In this document: positions 13,162-26,000 of the stretch, piece by piece
Layout: every line of letters starts with the position of its first letter
Position numbering within the stretch: position 1 is the first letter of the stretch
DNA from: Mobula hypostoma
Taxonomy: Eukaryota
Assembly: GCF_963921235.1 (NCBI RefSeq)
Contig: NC_086097.1
Location: 6,200,001-6,264,000, forward strand
DNA length: 64,000 nucleotides
Direction: 5' to 3'
Notes under the pieces: generated by a model
What the model saw: the letters and a program-made list of their open reading frames with translations, nothing else
What the model was told of the DNA's origin: nothing
Databases searched by the model: none
Program-made: the position numbers and the translations under genes

Positions 13162-13462
13162 TAGGCATCCGTTAGTCTCGTGAGACCATGGGTTTGCACC
13201 TTGGAAGGTTTCCAGGGCGTAGGCCTGGGCAAGGTTGTATGGAAGACCAGCAGTTGCCCATGCTGCAAGTCTCCCCTCTCCATGCCACCGATGTTGTCCA
13301 AGGGAAGGGCATTAGGACCCACACAGCTTGGCACCGGTATCGTCGCAGAGCAATGTGTGGTTAAGTGCCTTGTTCAAGGACACAACACACTGCCTCAGCC
13401 AAGGCTCGAACTAGTGACCTTCAGATCACTAGATGAATGCCTTAACCACTTGACCATGCACC
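13162..13462 (-). mobile_element. tRNA-headed SINE with CORE-like central motif
   Basis: Minus strand: A-box-like TGGTCAAGTGG, B-box-like AGTTCGAGCC, then TGTGTCCTTGAACAAGGCACTTAACC; second copy at 16997-17301 (+). Confidence 0.75.
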
Positions 13463-15577
13463 AACACACAGGTATATATATAGTTGAATTAAATAAGCAG
13501 TGCAAAAAAGAGAAAACAAGTTAGAGAGGTAGTCTTCACGGGTTCAAAGCCCTTTCAGAAATTGGTTGGCAGAGAGGAAGAAGCTGTTCCTGAATCACTG
13601 AGTGTGTGCCTTCAGGCTTCCGAACCTCCTCCCAGATGGTACCAATGAGAAGAGGACAAGCCCTGGGTGATGGGATCATTACTGACGGATGCCACCTTTC
13701 TGGAGCATTGCTCCTTGAAGATGCCCTGGATGCTGGGGAGGCGAGTGTCTATGATGAAGCTGACTGAGTTTGCAACTTCCTGCAGCTTATTTTAATCCTG
13801 TGCAGTGCCTCGCCACACCAGACAGTGATGCAACCAGTTAGAATGCTCTCCACAGTGCATCTGCAGAAATGTGTGAGTTTTTATGATGACAGACCAAATC
13901 TCCTCAGACTCTCAATGAAATATAGCAACTATTGGGTCCTCTTTGCAACAGCATTGATACTATATGTCAGGCCCAGGACAGACCCCGGGAGATGTTCAGG
14001 TAGTATAATAATTCTGTTCCATTCTCCAGAGAAGGATGACGGGGTGATGAAAATATATTTTAAAAATCACTGCAGATGTTGGAAGTCTAAAACAAAAACT
14101 AAAATAGCCGGAAATTTTCAAAAGGTCAGGCTGCAAGAGACATTTCAGGTCAGAAATCCTTCATCAAAACTGAAAATGGGATGAAAGAAGCATGCAGGGA
14201 GGAGAAGGTCTCTGACATGTTAAAGCCAGGGTGGCCATTGGGAAAAGATATAAATGACTTCCCCTGGCCAATAAGTAAATGGGAGAAGTTATTTCAAAGG
14301 CAGCAAATCCAGCACCTAAACGCTACAGTATTTATTGGACTATATGCCTGCTGTAAATACTTCTGTTTTTAATTCAAGCTTCTCTCCCCCCGATATGCCT
14401 TTTAATCAGGAATGACATATATAATTAAGGGATTCTTCAGCGGTGGGAAGGAGAAATGAGATGGCAATATTTCAGAAGTAAGGAATTTCATACTTGGCAC
14501 TCAGCCCCAAAGGAGAAAGAGAGCCTTGAGTCTTGGCCACAGTTGTTCACTAAATCCGAATGAACAGATAAACCACACAAGTTAGAGGAGAAAAGAGGCT
14601 GATGAGTCCTGAAGAAGGGTCACGGCTCAAAACATCGACTGTTTGTTCATTCCCACAGATGCTGTCTGACCTGCTGAGTTCCTCCAGCACATTGTGTGTG
14701 TTGCTAGGAGATAAAGAAACTGCCTTTAGTTTCCATGATAGAAGTTGAAAGATATTTCACTTCATCAACTGAAATTTACACTCTATTCTTTTAATATGAA
14801 TTGTAATTTCAATCATATAACTACACCCCCCCCCCAACATTAACAAAGATAAAAACTATGAACTGAACAAATGCTGATAGAAAATATTTCACTACTGACA
14901 TGATCAAGCCATTTCTGTAATACGCCTGGCATCCCATTTGTTAACAGAATCTGACATGCGGAGGTTACAGACATGTCTCCAAATTATCCTTCAGTCTGTG
15001 AGCTCCAGCAGACAGAAATCAAGAAAACAAGCATTCTGATTTGCAATGCGACACGTATTTTTCTTCATGGAAAACTTCATACACAGTTAAAATATGCTGA
15101 TGGGGATAATGGCCAAGAGGAACAATAACAGTGATGACAAGTAACAGCTCTATACAATAGGGAGAGTTCACCAATTCCTCTGTTTCCTGAGAAGACTGAA
15201 GAGAGCTGGACTATGCACAACTCTACTCACGACCTTCGACAAATATGCATTAGAGATCATCCTAACAAGCTACATAACAGCATGGTACAGAAACTGCACT
15301 GCGGCAGACAGGAAGGCTGTCCATGCATCACTGGCACCAGCCTACCTGCTATCAAGGACATACAGTATATATAGAAAGGTGCAAGTAAAAGGCCAGTGAA
15401 GGATCCCAGTCAACCTGCTCATGGACTGCTGGTCCTACTCCCATCAGGGAGGAGCCTACATAACCTCCACACCAGGACAACCGGAGTCAAAAACAATTAC
15501 TTTAACAGCTGTTAACGCTGTTCAACAGCTTCATGCACTAACCTACCCCACCATTCATCCCACCCACTAATTTTATC

Positions 15578-15990
15578 AACACCCACAAAATGCTGGAGGA
15601 ATTCAGCAGGCCAGGCAGCAGCTATGGAAAAAAGTACAGTCGACATTTCAGGCCGAGACCCTACGGCAGGACTGCAGAAAAAAGGATAAGGAGTAGATCT
15701 AAAAGGCGTGGGAATAGGAGAGAGAAACGCAAGGTGACGGGGGGAGGGGGAGGAATGAAGGGAAGAGCTGGGAAGTTGATTGGTGAAAGGGATACAGGGT
15801 TGGAGAACGGGGAGTCTGAAAGGAGAGAACAGAAGGCCACGGAAGAAAAGGGGGGAGGAGCACCAGAGGGAGGCGATGTGCAGGCAAGGAGATAAGGTGA
15901 GAGAGGGAAAAGGGGATAGGGAATGGTGAAGGGGATATTGGAATCAGAGTGGGAAGTGGAATTAAAATGGGTGACCACTGGGAGGTCCCG
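15578..15990 (-). mobile_element. Penelope-like element 3' fragment
   Basis: Family tail and purine-rich tract; hammerhead with mutated core (CTGCCGT) at ~15636-15675. Confidence 0.75.
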
Positions 15991-16996
15991 CTCTGGCCTC
16001 CTCTACTGCTGTGATGAGGCCACTCTCCTTTTCCCTCTCTCACCTTATCTCCTTGCCTGCCGTCACTTTATGGACGTACAATCAATCTATGTATTTAAGC
16101 TATCTTGTGTCATCATCATCATGTGTCATGCCGCATGACTTGGGCAATTATGGTCTTTGAATACGGTTGTTGTTGGTAAATTTTTCTACAGATGTAGTTT
16201 GATAGAATCGTATGTGTTTATATATATTGTGTATTTTTTATTATTGTGTTCTTTATCTTATTGTGCTTTTTTGTGCTGCATTAGGTCGAGAGTAACAATT
16301 ATTTTGTTCTCCTTTACACTTGTGTACTGGAAATGACATTGAACAATCTTGATTATATTTTATCAAATGGTTCTGTGAAGAGGTTTGATTAAGTAGCTAA
16401 TTCAAAATGCTTCATACTCTCAGTAAATTGATCAGCAGCTCCAAATCCCCACAGGAGACACACAGAATCTTTTCATTTCTAGGGATAATAATTACAATTA
16501 TTTTGTAATTATTCTTCTGGAAAAAGACCCCTGTAATTTTCTCAGAGGTACTTATTAGAAATATTGCTTAAAATATTATTACTAAATTTAAAATGAGTAC
16601 AGGTGTCATGGAGGGTGATTATTTACCGATTAGTTAACCGGTTAAGTCTAAGCAGGGATTATTCCCAGTTGTTGGGTACATGTGTGGATCAGTGAGGAGT
16701 TGGGCTACTGCAGGCTGCCAAGGACCCAGTCTGGACTGTAGTAGATTTCCTGAATGAAGCCAGGAAGTGATTCTGCATTGAGGGTGGAAAGGTCTGGAAA
16801 CTCTGTTGGAGGTGCTATCTTCTTGATAAATTCTTAAGTGGTCGGTCTTACTGGTGTCAGTGCTGCTTTCCAGTGTTCGTTCGTCAAAAGACAAACAGTT
16901 TTGTGCTCGACTGCAGACTACTGCAACATTCATGGACTCAGGGATTTTGACTTTTTTTTTGTGTGACTGGATTTTACTGATATCTTCTATATAGTA

Positions 16997-17301
16997 GTGG
17001 GCACGTGGCCAAGTGGTTACGGTATGGGACTAGCGATCTGAAGGTTGTGAGTTCGAGCCCCAGCCGAGGCAGCTTGTCCTTGAGCAAGGCACTTAATCAC
17101 ACAGTGCTCTGTGGCGACACTAGTGCCAAGCTGTATGGGTCCTAATGCCCTTCCCTTGGACAACATCGGTGTTGTGGAGAGGGGAGACTTGCAGCATGGG
17201 CAACTGCCAGTCTTCCATACAACCTTGCCCAGGCCTGCGCTCTGGAGAGTGAAGACTTTCCAGGCGCAGATCCATAGTCTCGCAAGTCTAACGGATGCCT
17301 T
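16997..17301 (+). mobile_element. tRNA-headed SINE with CORE-like motif (same family as 13162-13462)
   Basis: TGGCCAAGTGG...AGTTCGAGCC head; collinear with the reverse complement of 13162-13462. Confidence 0.75.
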
Positions 17302-17840
17302 TATATTACATACTATATGTGCCTTGTGCTGTGTATAACTGTTGGAACTATGTTTTGCACCTTGGCCCTGGAGTAACACTGTTTCATTTGGCTGGAATCT
17401 TGGGTGTACATGCAGGGTGGTCTGTCTCCCTGTGAATTATATCCTAATGAAGAGTCTCAGCCTGAAGCATCGATGGTTTATTGCTATTCATAGATGCTGC
17501 CTTACCTGCTGAGTACCTCTCGCACTTTGTGTGTGTTACTTGGGAATGGAAATGACTAGGGTACGGCAGTAGCATAGCAGAGAACAGCATTAGTAGCTCT
17601 CAAGAAACCTTTCACTCTACCTCTTCTTCTCACTTGACTATCACTTCCCCATGGCGTCCCACCCCCTTCCCCTTCTCCCATGGTCCACTCTCCTCTCCTA
17701 TTAGATTCCTTCTTCTCCAGCCTTTCCAACCTACCAGGTTTCATCTAGCATTCTCTAGCTAGTCCTCCTTCCCTCCCCACTAACTTTTTATTCTGGCATC
17801 TTCCTCCTTCTTTTCCAGTCCTGAAGAAGAGTTTCGTCCT

Positions 17841-20800
17841 TGGCTGTTGACTGGAATACTGTGCAGTCGCAATGGAAGCATTCCTGTGCAAGTCGGACAG
17901 AGAGGTTTAAAAAGCAGAAAGTCTTTTCAGCGGGAGTCATTGATTGGGGTACTGCGCAAATGCAGTGGAAGCGTTCCTGCGCAAGTCCGACGGAGAGCTT
18001 TAAAAAACCTGTCTCCGTAAAAGGGGGGTACTGCCTAGCAGAGCGGTCATCATGGGAATGGTCTGAGTCAGAGTGGTAAAGCTTTGGCTCAACAGGGCTT
18101 CAGAAAGAACAGGCGTAGACAAGGTAAGTGGGTAAATTCATTCCTTATTTCTTACTTCTTCTTTCTTATTTAACTCTTGAGAGAATAAGGGGTATTCTGT
18201 TCTGGGTGTCGGATATGGGATTTCCAGGAGACGATGGCCACATCTGCACTGGGTGCATCGAGATGCACCTCCTTAGAGACCGTGTTAAGGAACTGGGGTT
18301 GGAGCTCAGGGCAGGGAAGCAGTGACAGACAGGAGTGACAGGGAGGGAGCCACCTCAAGGCCTACAGGAGCCAGGTAAATGGATGACTCTCAGGAAGGGA
18401 GAATGTCTGATAGTGGAGTAAACCCTGTGGCTGTCCCCCTCGAAAATAAGTACCCCACTTTGAGTACTGTTGGTGGAGGATGACCTACTTGGGGGAAGCA
18501 ACAGCAGCCGTGCCTCTGGCACTGAGTCTGGCCCTATGGCTCAGAAGGGTAGGTTACTGAAGAGGATGGCAGCAGTAATAGGGGACTCTGTAGTTAGGCG
18601 GACAGACTGACGATTTGGTGGATGGGAATAAGGAACACGGATGGTAGTTAGCCTCCCAGGTGCCAGGGTCCACATGTTTCTGAACACATCCACACTGTCC
18701 TGAAGAGGGAGGGAGAGCTGCCAGAAGTCATGGTACCAATGGCATAGGTAGAAAAAGGAAGGAGGTCCTGAAAATAGAATCCAGGGTGATAGGAAGCTGT
18801 GAGGCAGGGCATTAAGGGTTGTAATCTGAGGATTGCTGCCTGTGACACACGACAATGAGGATAGGAATGAAATAAGGTGGAGGATAAATGCATGGCCGAA
18901 GAGTTGGAGCAGGGGGCAGGGATTCATACTTCTGGATAATTGGGACCTCTTCTGAGGCAGGTGTGACGTGTACAAAAAGGACAGTTTGCACTTGAATCCG
19001 AGGGGGACCAATATTCTTGTGGGCAGATTTACTAGAGCTGTTGGGAGTGGTTTAAATTACTATGGCAGGGGGATGGGAACAGGTATGATGGAGCTGAGGA
19101 TGAGCCAGCAGGTTTACAAGTAGATGATGGATGTAAGGAAGGACAAGCCAATTAATGGGTACAAATACAGACAGAAAAAAGAGTAACATTGTACCACAGT
19201 GGTAAAATTCAAGAAGGCAAAGAATGCAGGACTAAAGGCGCTGTATTTAAATGCACGTAGCGTTCAGAGTAAAGAAAACAAACTCGAGGAGCAGCCAGAG
19301 ATTGGTCTGTATGACATTGTGGGTATCACTGAGTCATGGCTGAAAGAAGGCCACAGTTGGTAACTTATCATTAATTTGTATCGAGTGGATAGACAGGAAG
19401 GCGTAGGCGGTGGTGTGGCTCTGTTGGTAAGAGATGGAATTACATCTTTAGAAAGTGGTGACATAGGGTCAGAGAATGTTGAATCTTTCTGGATGGAGTT
19501 AAGAAGCTGCAAGGGTAAAAAGAAAACATTATAGGAATCATATACAGGCCTCCAAATAGTATCCAGCATGTGGGGTTGAGATTGCAAAGGGAGCTAGAAA
19601 GGGCATGTAATAAGGATATGTCACAATTGTAATTGGGGACTTCAATATGCAAGGGGATTGGTAAAATTTGGTTGGCGTTTGATCACAAGAGAGGGAAGTT
19701 GTTGAATGCTCACAAGATGGCTTTTTAGATTCGGTGTTCTATAATAACCCAGATCTTATTAGAGAGCTTAACGTAAGGGAACCCTGAGGAGGCAGTGATC
19801 ATCACAGTTTGAATTCATACTGTAATTTGAGAGGGAGGAACATAAGTCACATGTATCAGTATCGCAATGCGGTAAAGGGAATTACAGAGGCATGAGAGGG
19901 GAGCTTGCCCAACTGGGCTGGAGGAGGATACTGGCAGGGATGACAACAGAACAGAGATTTCTGGGAATAGTTCACAAGTCGCAGGATAGATATGTCCTAC
20001 AGAAGAAGAGGTTCTCAAATGGCAAGGCTAGGCAACCGTAGCTGACAAGTGAAGTTAAGGACTGCATAAAAGCCAAGGAAGGGCATATAAGGTAGCAAAA
20101 GTGAGTGGGAAGTTGGATGATTGGGAACCTTTTAAAATCCAACAAAAAGCAACTAAGAAAGCTATAAGAAGAGAAAAGGTGAAATATGAGGGCAAATTAG
20201 CTAATAATATAAAGCAGGAAAGTTTATTTCAGTTATGCAGTGCAGTATAAAGCGTAAAAGGGAGGTGAGAGTTGATATTGAGCCACTGGAAAATGATACC
20301 AGTGAAGTAGTATTGGGAGACAAAGAAATGGCAGACAGACTTAAAGAGCACTTTGCATCTGTCTTCACTGTGGAAGACACTAGCACTGTGCCAGAGGTCC
20401 TTGGGTGTCAGGGTGTAGGAGTGAGTGCCATTGTTATTACAAAGGAAAAAGTGCTAGGCAAACTCAAAGGTCTTAAGGTGGATAAATCACCTGGACCAGA
20501 TGGACTACATCCCAGAGTCCAGAGAGAGATTGCTGAAGAAATAACGGATGCATTGATCATAATCTTTCAAGAGTCACTTGATACTGGCATGATCCCAGAG
20601 GACTGGAAGATTGCAAATGTCACTTTACTCTCTAGGAAGGAAGGAAGGATAAGAAAGGAAATTATAGGCCATGTAGCTTAACCTCAGCAGTTGGGAAAGT
20701 GTTGGAATCTATCACTAAAGATGAAGTTTTGGGGTACTTGCAGACTAATTATAAAATAAGTCAAAGTCAGTATGGTTTCTGTAAAGGGAAACCTTGCCTG

Positions 20801-22046
20801 ACAAATCCGTTAGAGTTTTTTGAGGGAAAAACAAACAAGATAGACAAAGCAAAGGCAGTGGACGTCACTTACTTGGATTTTCAGAAGCCCTTTTACAAGG
20901 TGCCACACATGAGGTTGCTTAACAAATAAATCCCATTGCACTACTGGAAAGATATAGCTTTTATAGAGGAATGTCTGACAGGCAGGAGGCAGCAAGTGGG
21001 AATAAAAGGGGCCTTTTCTGGTTGGCTGCCAGTGACTAGAGGTGTTCCTCAGGGGTCAGTATTGGGACTGCTACTTTTCACATTGTTTGGCGATGATTTG
21101 GATAATGGAACTTATGACTTTGTGGCAAAGTTTGTGGATGATACAAAGATAGGTGGAGGGGTTGGCAGTATTGAGGATGCATTGTGATTGCAGCTGGACT
21201 TGGAGAAATTGGAAGAATGGGTAAAAAAGTGGCAGATGGAATACAGTGTTGGGAAATGTATAATGATACACTTTGGTAAAAGGGACAATAGTGCGGACTA
21301 TCATCTAAATGGGGAGAAGGTTCAAGCATCAGAGGTGCAAAAGGATTTAGGAGTCCTTGTGCAAAACTCCCAGAAGGTCAATTTACAGGTTGAGTCTGTG
21401 GTAAAGAAGGCAAATGCAATGTTGGCATTTATTTCAAGTGGAATAGAATATAAAAGTAAGGCTTTTTAAGATACTCCTCAGGCTGAATTTGGAGTATTGT
21501 CAACGGTTTTAGACCCCGTATTTCAGAAAGGATATGTTGTCTTTGGAGAGAATCCAGAGGACGTTTACAAGGTTGATTCCAGGAATGAAAGGGTTAACAT
21601 ATGAGGAGTGTTTGGCAGCTTTGGGCCTGTCCTCATTGAAATATAGATGAATGCAGGGATATCTCAATGAAACCTACCGAATGTTGAAAGGACTAGACAG
21701 GGTGGATGTGGAGAGAATGTTTCCTATAGTGGGGGAATCCAGAACTAAAGAGCACAGCCTCAAAATAGAGGGGCGGCCTTTTTGAACAGCGGTAAGGAGA
21801 AATATTTTTAGCTAGAGAGTAGTGAATCTGTGGCATGCTCCGTCGCAGACTGAGTTGACGTCCAAGTCAGTTGGTAGATTTAAAGCAGAAGGTGATCGTT
21901 TTCTGATCGGTCAGGGCATCAAATGATATGGTGAGAAGGCAGGTGTATGGTGTTGAGTTGGATCTGGGATCAGCCATGATAGAATGGCAGAACAGACTCA
22001 ATGGGCTGAATGGCCTAAATCTGCCTCTATGTCTTGCGGTATTATG
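17841..22046 (+). mobile_element. Near full-length decayed CR1 LINE (5' UTR, zinc-finger/esterase ORF1, APE-RT ORF2)
   Basis: 5' UTR with ~93-bp-spaced repeat (17858/17951); ORF1 motifs CTGCIEMHLLRDRV, GDSVVR, LPGARV, HLNPRG; ORF2 motifs GITESW, KSPGPDGLHP, YLDFQK, GVPQGSVLG, KFVDDTK; CR1 3' stem; flanked by GTCCT at 17836-17840 and 22047-22051. Confidence 0.9.
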
Positions 22047-22764
22047 GTCCTGAAATCTTGACTCTTTATTCATTTCCATAAATGCCCTTTGATCTGCTGA
22101 GTTCCTCTAGCATTTTGTGTGTGTTGACCAGAAAAACAGCAGTGTAGTATAGGAGACACAGGAAAACTCCTGCAGTACAAAAATCCTTCTGACAAATGCC
22201 CAAGAAGTCCACTAGAGCTGCACAAAAATTATACTAGCTCTAGTGACCAACCGGAATATATTTTCTCAGTAGGCCTTCCATAGATTAAGCCTTGATGGTC
22301 TCGACCTTGAAGAGAGGGATCAGTGATTAGGTATCAGAGCAGAGCAATCCCTGAAGTCAAATATTTTAATTGGATGAATCTCATTCCAGTGAGACCACGG
22401 GAGTAAATCCAAAATGATGGGCAGCACAATTTATTTCACATGAATTTTTGGCTAGTATTGTACAGTTTGTGTTTCATTCTGTGTCTGGAAAATCCAGGTG
22501 AAACAAGGTCCAGTTTCAACCCTATAATCAGTAAAAATCACTACCAATCTAAACCAAACACGTTGAAGCTTCAACGTGGATGCTGAAGCATTTTGGTGAT
22601 TTGTTTTATTGTGAAAATATGATAGATTTCCACAAACCTTCCTTGAGATGTTGTCAGTTTATGTAAGCCACAGCGCAGGACTCTGTTGTTCATAAAAAAT
22701 GATTGTTGAGTTGTCAGAACTATGCCATTTTGTCATCTATTTGTGTCGAGTTATTTATATACAG

Positions 22765-23048
22765 TATTTATTTTGAGACACAGCGTGGAATAGGCCTTCT
22801 GGCCCACCAAACTACACTGCTCAGCAAGCCACCAATTTAATGACAAGGCAATTTACAATGACAAAATTAACCTACTAACCAGTAAGCCTTTGGACTTTTG
22901 AGAGGAAACTGGTGTACCTGCAGGAAACCCACACGGTCACTGGAAGAACACATAGACTTTCTTACAGAGGATGCTGGAATTGAACTCTGAACTCTAATGC
23001 CCCAACCTGTAATCTCATTGTGCTAACCACTATGGTACCATGGCAACC
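22765..23048 (-). mobile_element. V-domain SINE
   Basis: Reverse complement shows tRNA-like head and V-core; related copies at ~12843-13016 (-), 23883-24148 (-), 57510-57706 (+), 60283-60560 (+). Confidence 0.7.
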
Positions 23049-26000
23049 CTACATTTCACACAACTTTGACTAGAATGTAAACGGTAGGTCAGCATTGTGA
23101 TTAAGTTACTGCAATAGCACTGAAAGGCTTGGGATATTGACCTACGGGCATGAGCTGAATTCTCACCTGGTAGTAAATGACTTTTGAACTCAACTCTGGT
23201 ATAGTAGAGTCAACACTGAAAACACTTCTGCAACATCTGGTTCTCCGGTGTCATTGTGATGACTGATCCATATGACTCCTGATCTGCTTAACTCTTAATT
23301 GTTTTCTGAAATAGGCCTTGTGAACTGAGAGGCCAGTATCGAGAATAAAAATGACAGGTTCATACATTGCACTCCTTTATCATCTCAGTCTATTTTCTTT
23401 CTTACAGTAACTACTCCAGTTCTCTTGTCATTCTGTATTGATTGTGTTTCTTCTCACATCCTTGATCCTTTCTCCTCATGCTTGCCTCCTACATGTCTCC
23501 CACAGTGTCGCCCAGGGAGGAGTTGTTAGAGTCTGACACTGGAGTGCCAGAGGTGGCGTGGTGCGAGCCAATGCTGCCGTCTCATGTTCACTTGGCAGAA
23601 GACAAGATGCATTGTGTTTGACTGCAGACTGCTGCAATATTCATGGACTCAGGGACTTGGTTGATTTTTTTTTGTGTGATTGTATTTTACTGTAGTCTTG
23701 TGGCTGCTATATATGCCTTGTGCTGTGATGACTATTGGGACTGTAATTGCAGTTTGCTACTGGAGAAACTCTGTCTCGTTTGGCTGAATTCATGGGTATT
23801 CATGCATGGTTGAATGACAATTAAACTTGAACAATATATGCTTTATTTCCGCCAGTTTACTTGGGCCTACAGTTTACCATTATTTACTTAGAAATACAGT
23901 GGGGTGTAGCCCTTCTGGCCCTTCGAGCCACATCGCCCAGCAAAACCCAACACCCCTAATTTAACCCAAACGGAATAATGGAATGGTTTACAATAACCAA
24001 TTAACCTGCACAGTACCTCTTTGGATTGTGAGAGGATACTAAAGGACCAGGAGAAAATCAATGTATTCTTCAAGGAGGATGTACAAAAACTCATTGCAGA
24101 GGACAACAGGATTAATCTTCGAACTCTGATGCCCTGAGCTCTAATAGTGTTATTATTGGAGAAGAAAATTCAGATAAAAAATTTGCTCATAATTTGATCT
24201 TGCTCCTTTAAAGCTAAGAAGCAGGTGTGATGATTGTATTGAGATTAGGGTTTGGAGAACAATGTTGATGGCTGGAGAAGACTTCCCTGCCCCTTAACGC
24301 TGGGAGGGGATAAGTAGAAGAGGCAGAAGACTGAAGAAGGAATCCAGTGGGAGAGAACAGGGGAATAAAGGGAAGAAGGAGGAGAAACAGAGGTGATGAA
24401 CAGGTAAGGAGCAGAGAAAGGGTGAGAGGGTAACTAAAATAGCGAATGGAAAAAAGAGAGAATGAGGGAGGGGGATAAAATTACTGGAAGTTGGAGATTT
24501 TTAGCAATAAATTTGTTTCACGGGTATCATATAGAGACTTGATCTTGACTGCAACTTAGTTTGAATCTCCTGCTTCATAAGACATTTCATAGAGCAAAAA
24601 CAACAAAATTCACCAGACTGTTTCCTGGGAATAGTATTCTTTTTTCCATATGAGGAGGGATAGAGCAGATTTCCAGTGCATTTGATTCAATTTAGTAGGA
24701 TTAGAAACAACGCTATTCAAACATACAAAATTCTTTCAAGACTGAACAGGATGAATGCAGGGAGGAGAGTTGCCTTGGCTGAGGGGTGTCAAAGGTAGGC
24801 TTTCAAGCACTAAAGTCACAAAGCACTACAGCACAGGATGACGCCCTTCAGCCCGTCTAGACCACACTGACCTATTATTCTCCTTAGTCTCATTGAGCTG
24901 CACCTGGACTGTAGCCCTCCATACTTCTCCCAGCCATGTACGTATCCAAAATTCCCTGAAATGTTGAAATCAAGTACATATCCACCAATTCTGCTGGCAG
25001 CTGTTCCACACTCTCATTGCCCTCTAAGTGAAAAATTTCCCTTTAGACACTTCACCTTTCACACTTAATCCATGACCTCTAGGTCTAGTCTCACCCAATC
25101 TCAGTGGAAAAAGGATGTGCGGAGAAATTTCTTCACCATGAATCTTTAAAAAATGTTCTTATCTTTTACTGCTGTGGAGGTTCAGTCATTGATCGCATTT
25201 GGAACTGAGATAAGGACATTTCTAGATATTAAAGTGTGTTGGAGATAATGTAGGAAAGTGGATCTGGGATAGAAAATCAGTCATGATCCTGCTGAATGGT
25301 GGAATGGGCTTGAAATACCATGTGACCTCATTCTGCCTCTTACTATCTGTTTACTGCAGACTGGACTTCTTCAAGAGACCTCGCCTCAACAGTTGCCTGG
25401 ATGTTAAGTTTATAATTATCACATTATACAATGAAGTCACTAGTACTCACCAAGGGATCAGCAGTGGAAGGGGTGAGCAGTTTCAAGTTCAAGTTCCTGG
25501 GTGTCATCATCTCTGAAGATCTATCCTAGACCCAACATGTTGTTGCAATTGCAAAGGCGGCACGACAGTGGCTACATTTCAGCTGGAGTTTGAGAAGATT
25601 TAGCATGTCACCAAAGACTCTGGTAAATTTCTACAGATGTTCTGTGGAGAGCATTCTAACTGGTTGCATAACTCTCTTAGATGGAGGGGCCATCGCACAG
25701 GGTCAGAAAAAAAGCTGCAGAAAGTTATAAACTCAGCCAACTCCATCATGGGCACTAGCTGTTATATTTTATAACTCCAAGACAGAAAAGTAATTGCATG
25801 AAAAAAATAGGAACCCATGAGAACGTGTCCCAGTTCATTTTTACTTTAAGTGATGTGGCGGTGTAATGATGCATGCCATTTATGTACTTTTACATATAAT
25901 CCACATTGTCTCTTATGAACAACAAGGAATGCTTAATCAAATAATATACATATATACAAGATTCCTGTAATATTACTGAATATTAAAAACACGCCACTCC

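Noticed and set aside
16997..17070. tRNA gene
   Set aside because: The A/B boxes run straight into a repeated SINE body; the same applies to the other tRNA-like heads.
22442..22521. Further minus-strand exon candidates (also ~14900-14950 and ~39050-39072)
   Set aside because: Short, with weak splice sites and no independent support; indistinguishable from chance.
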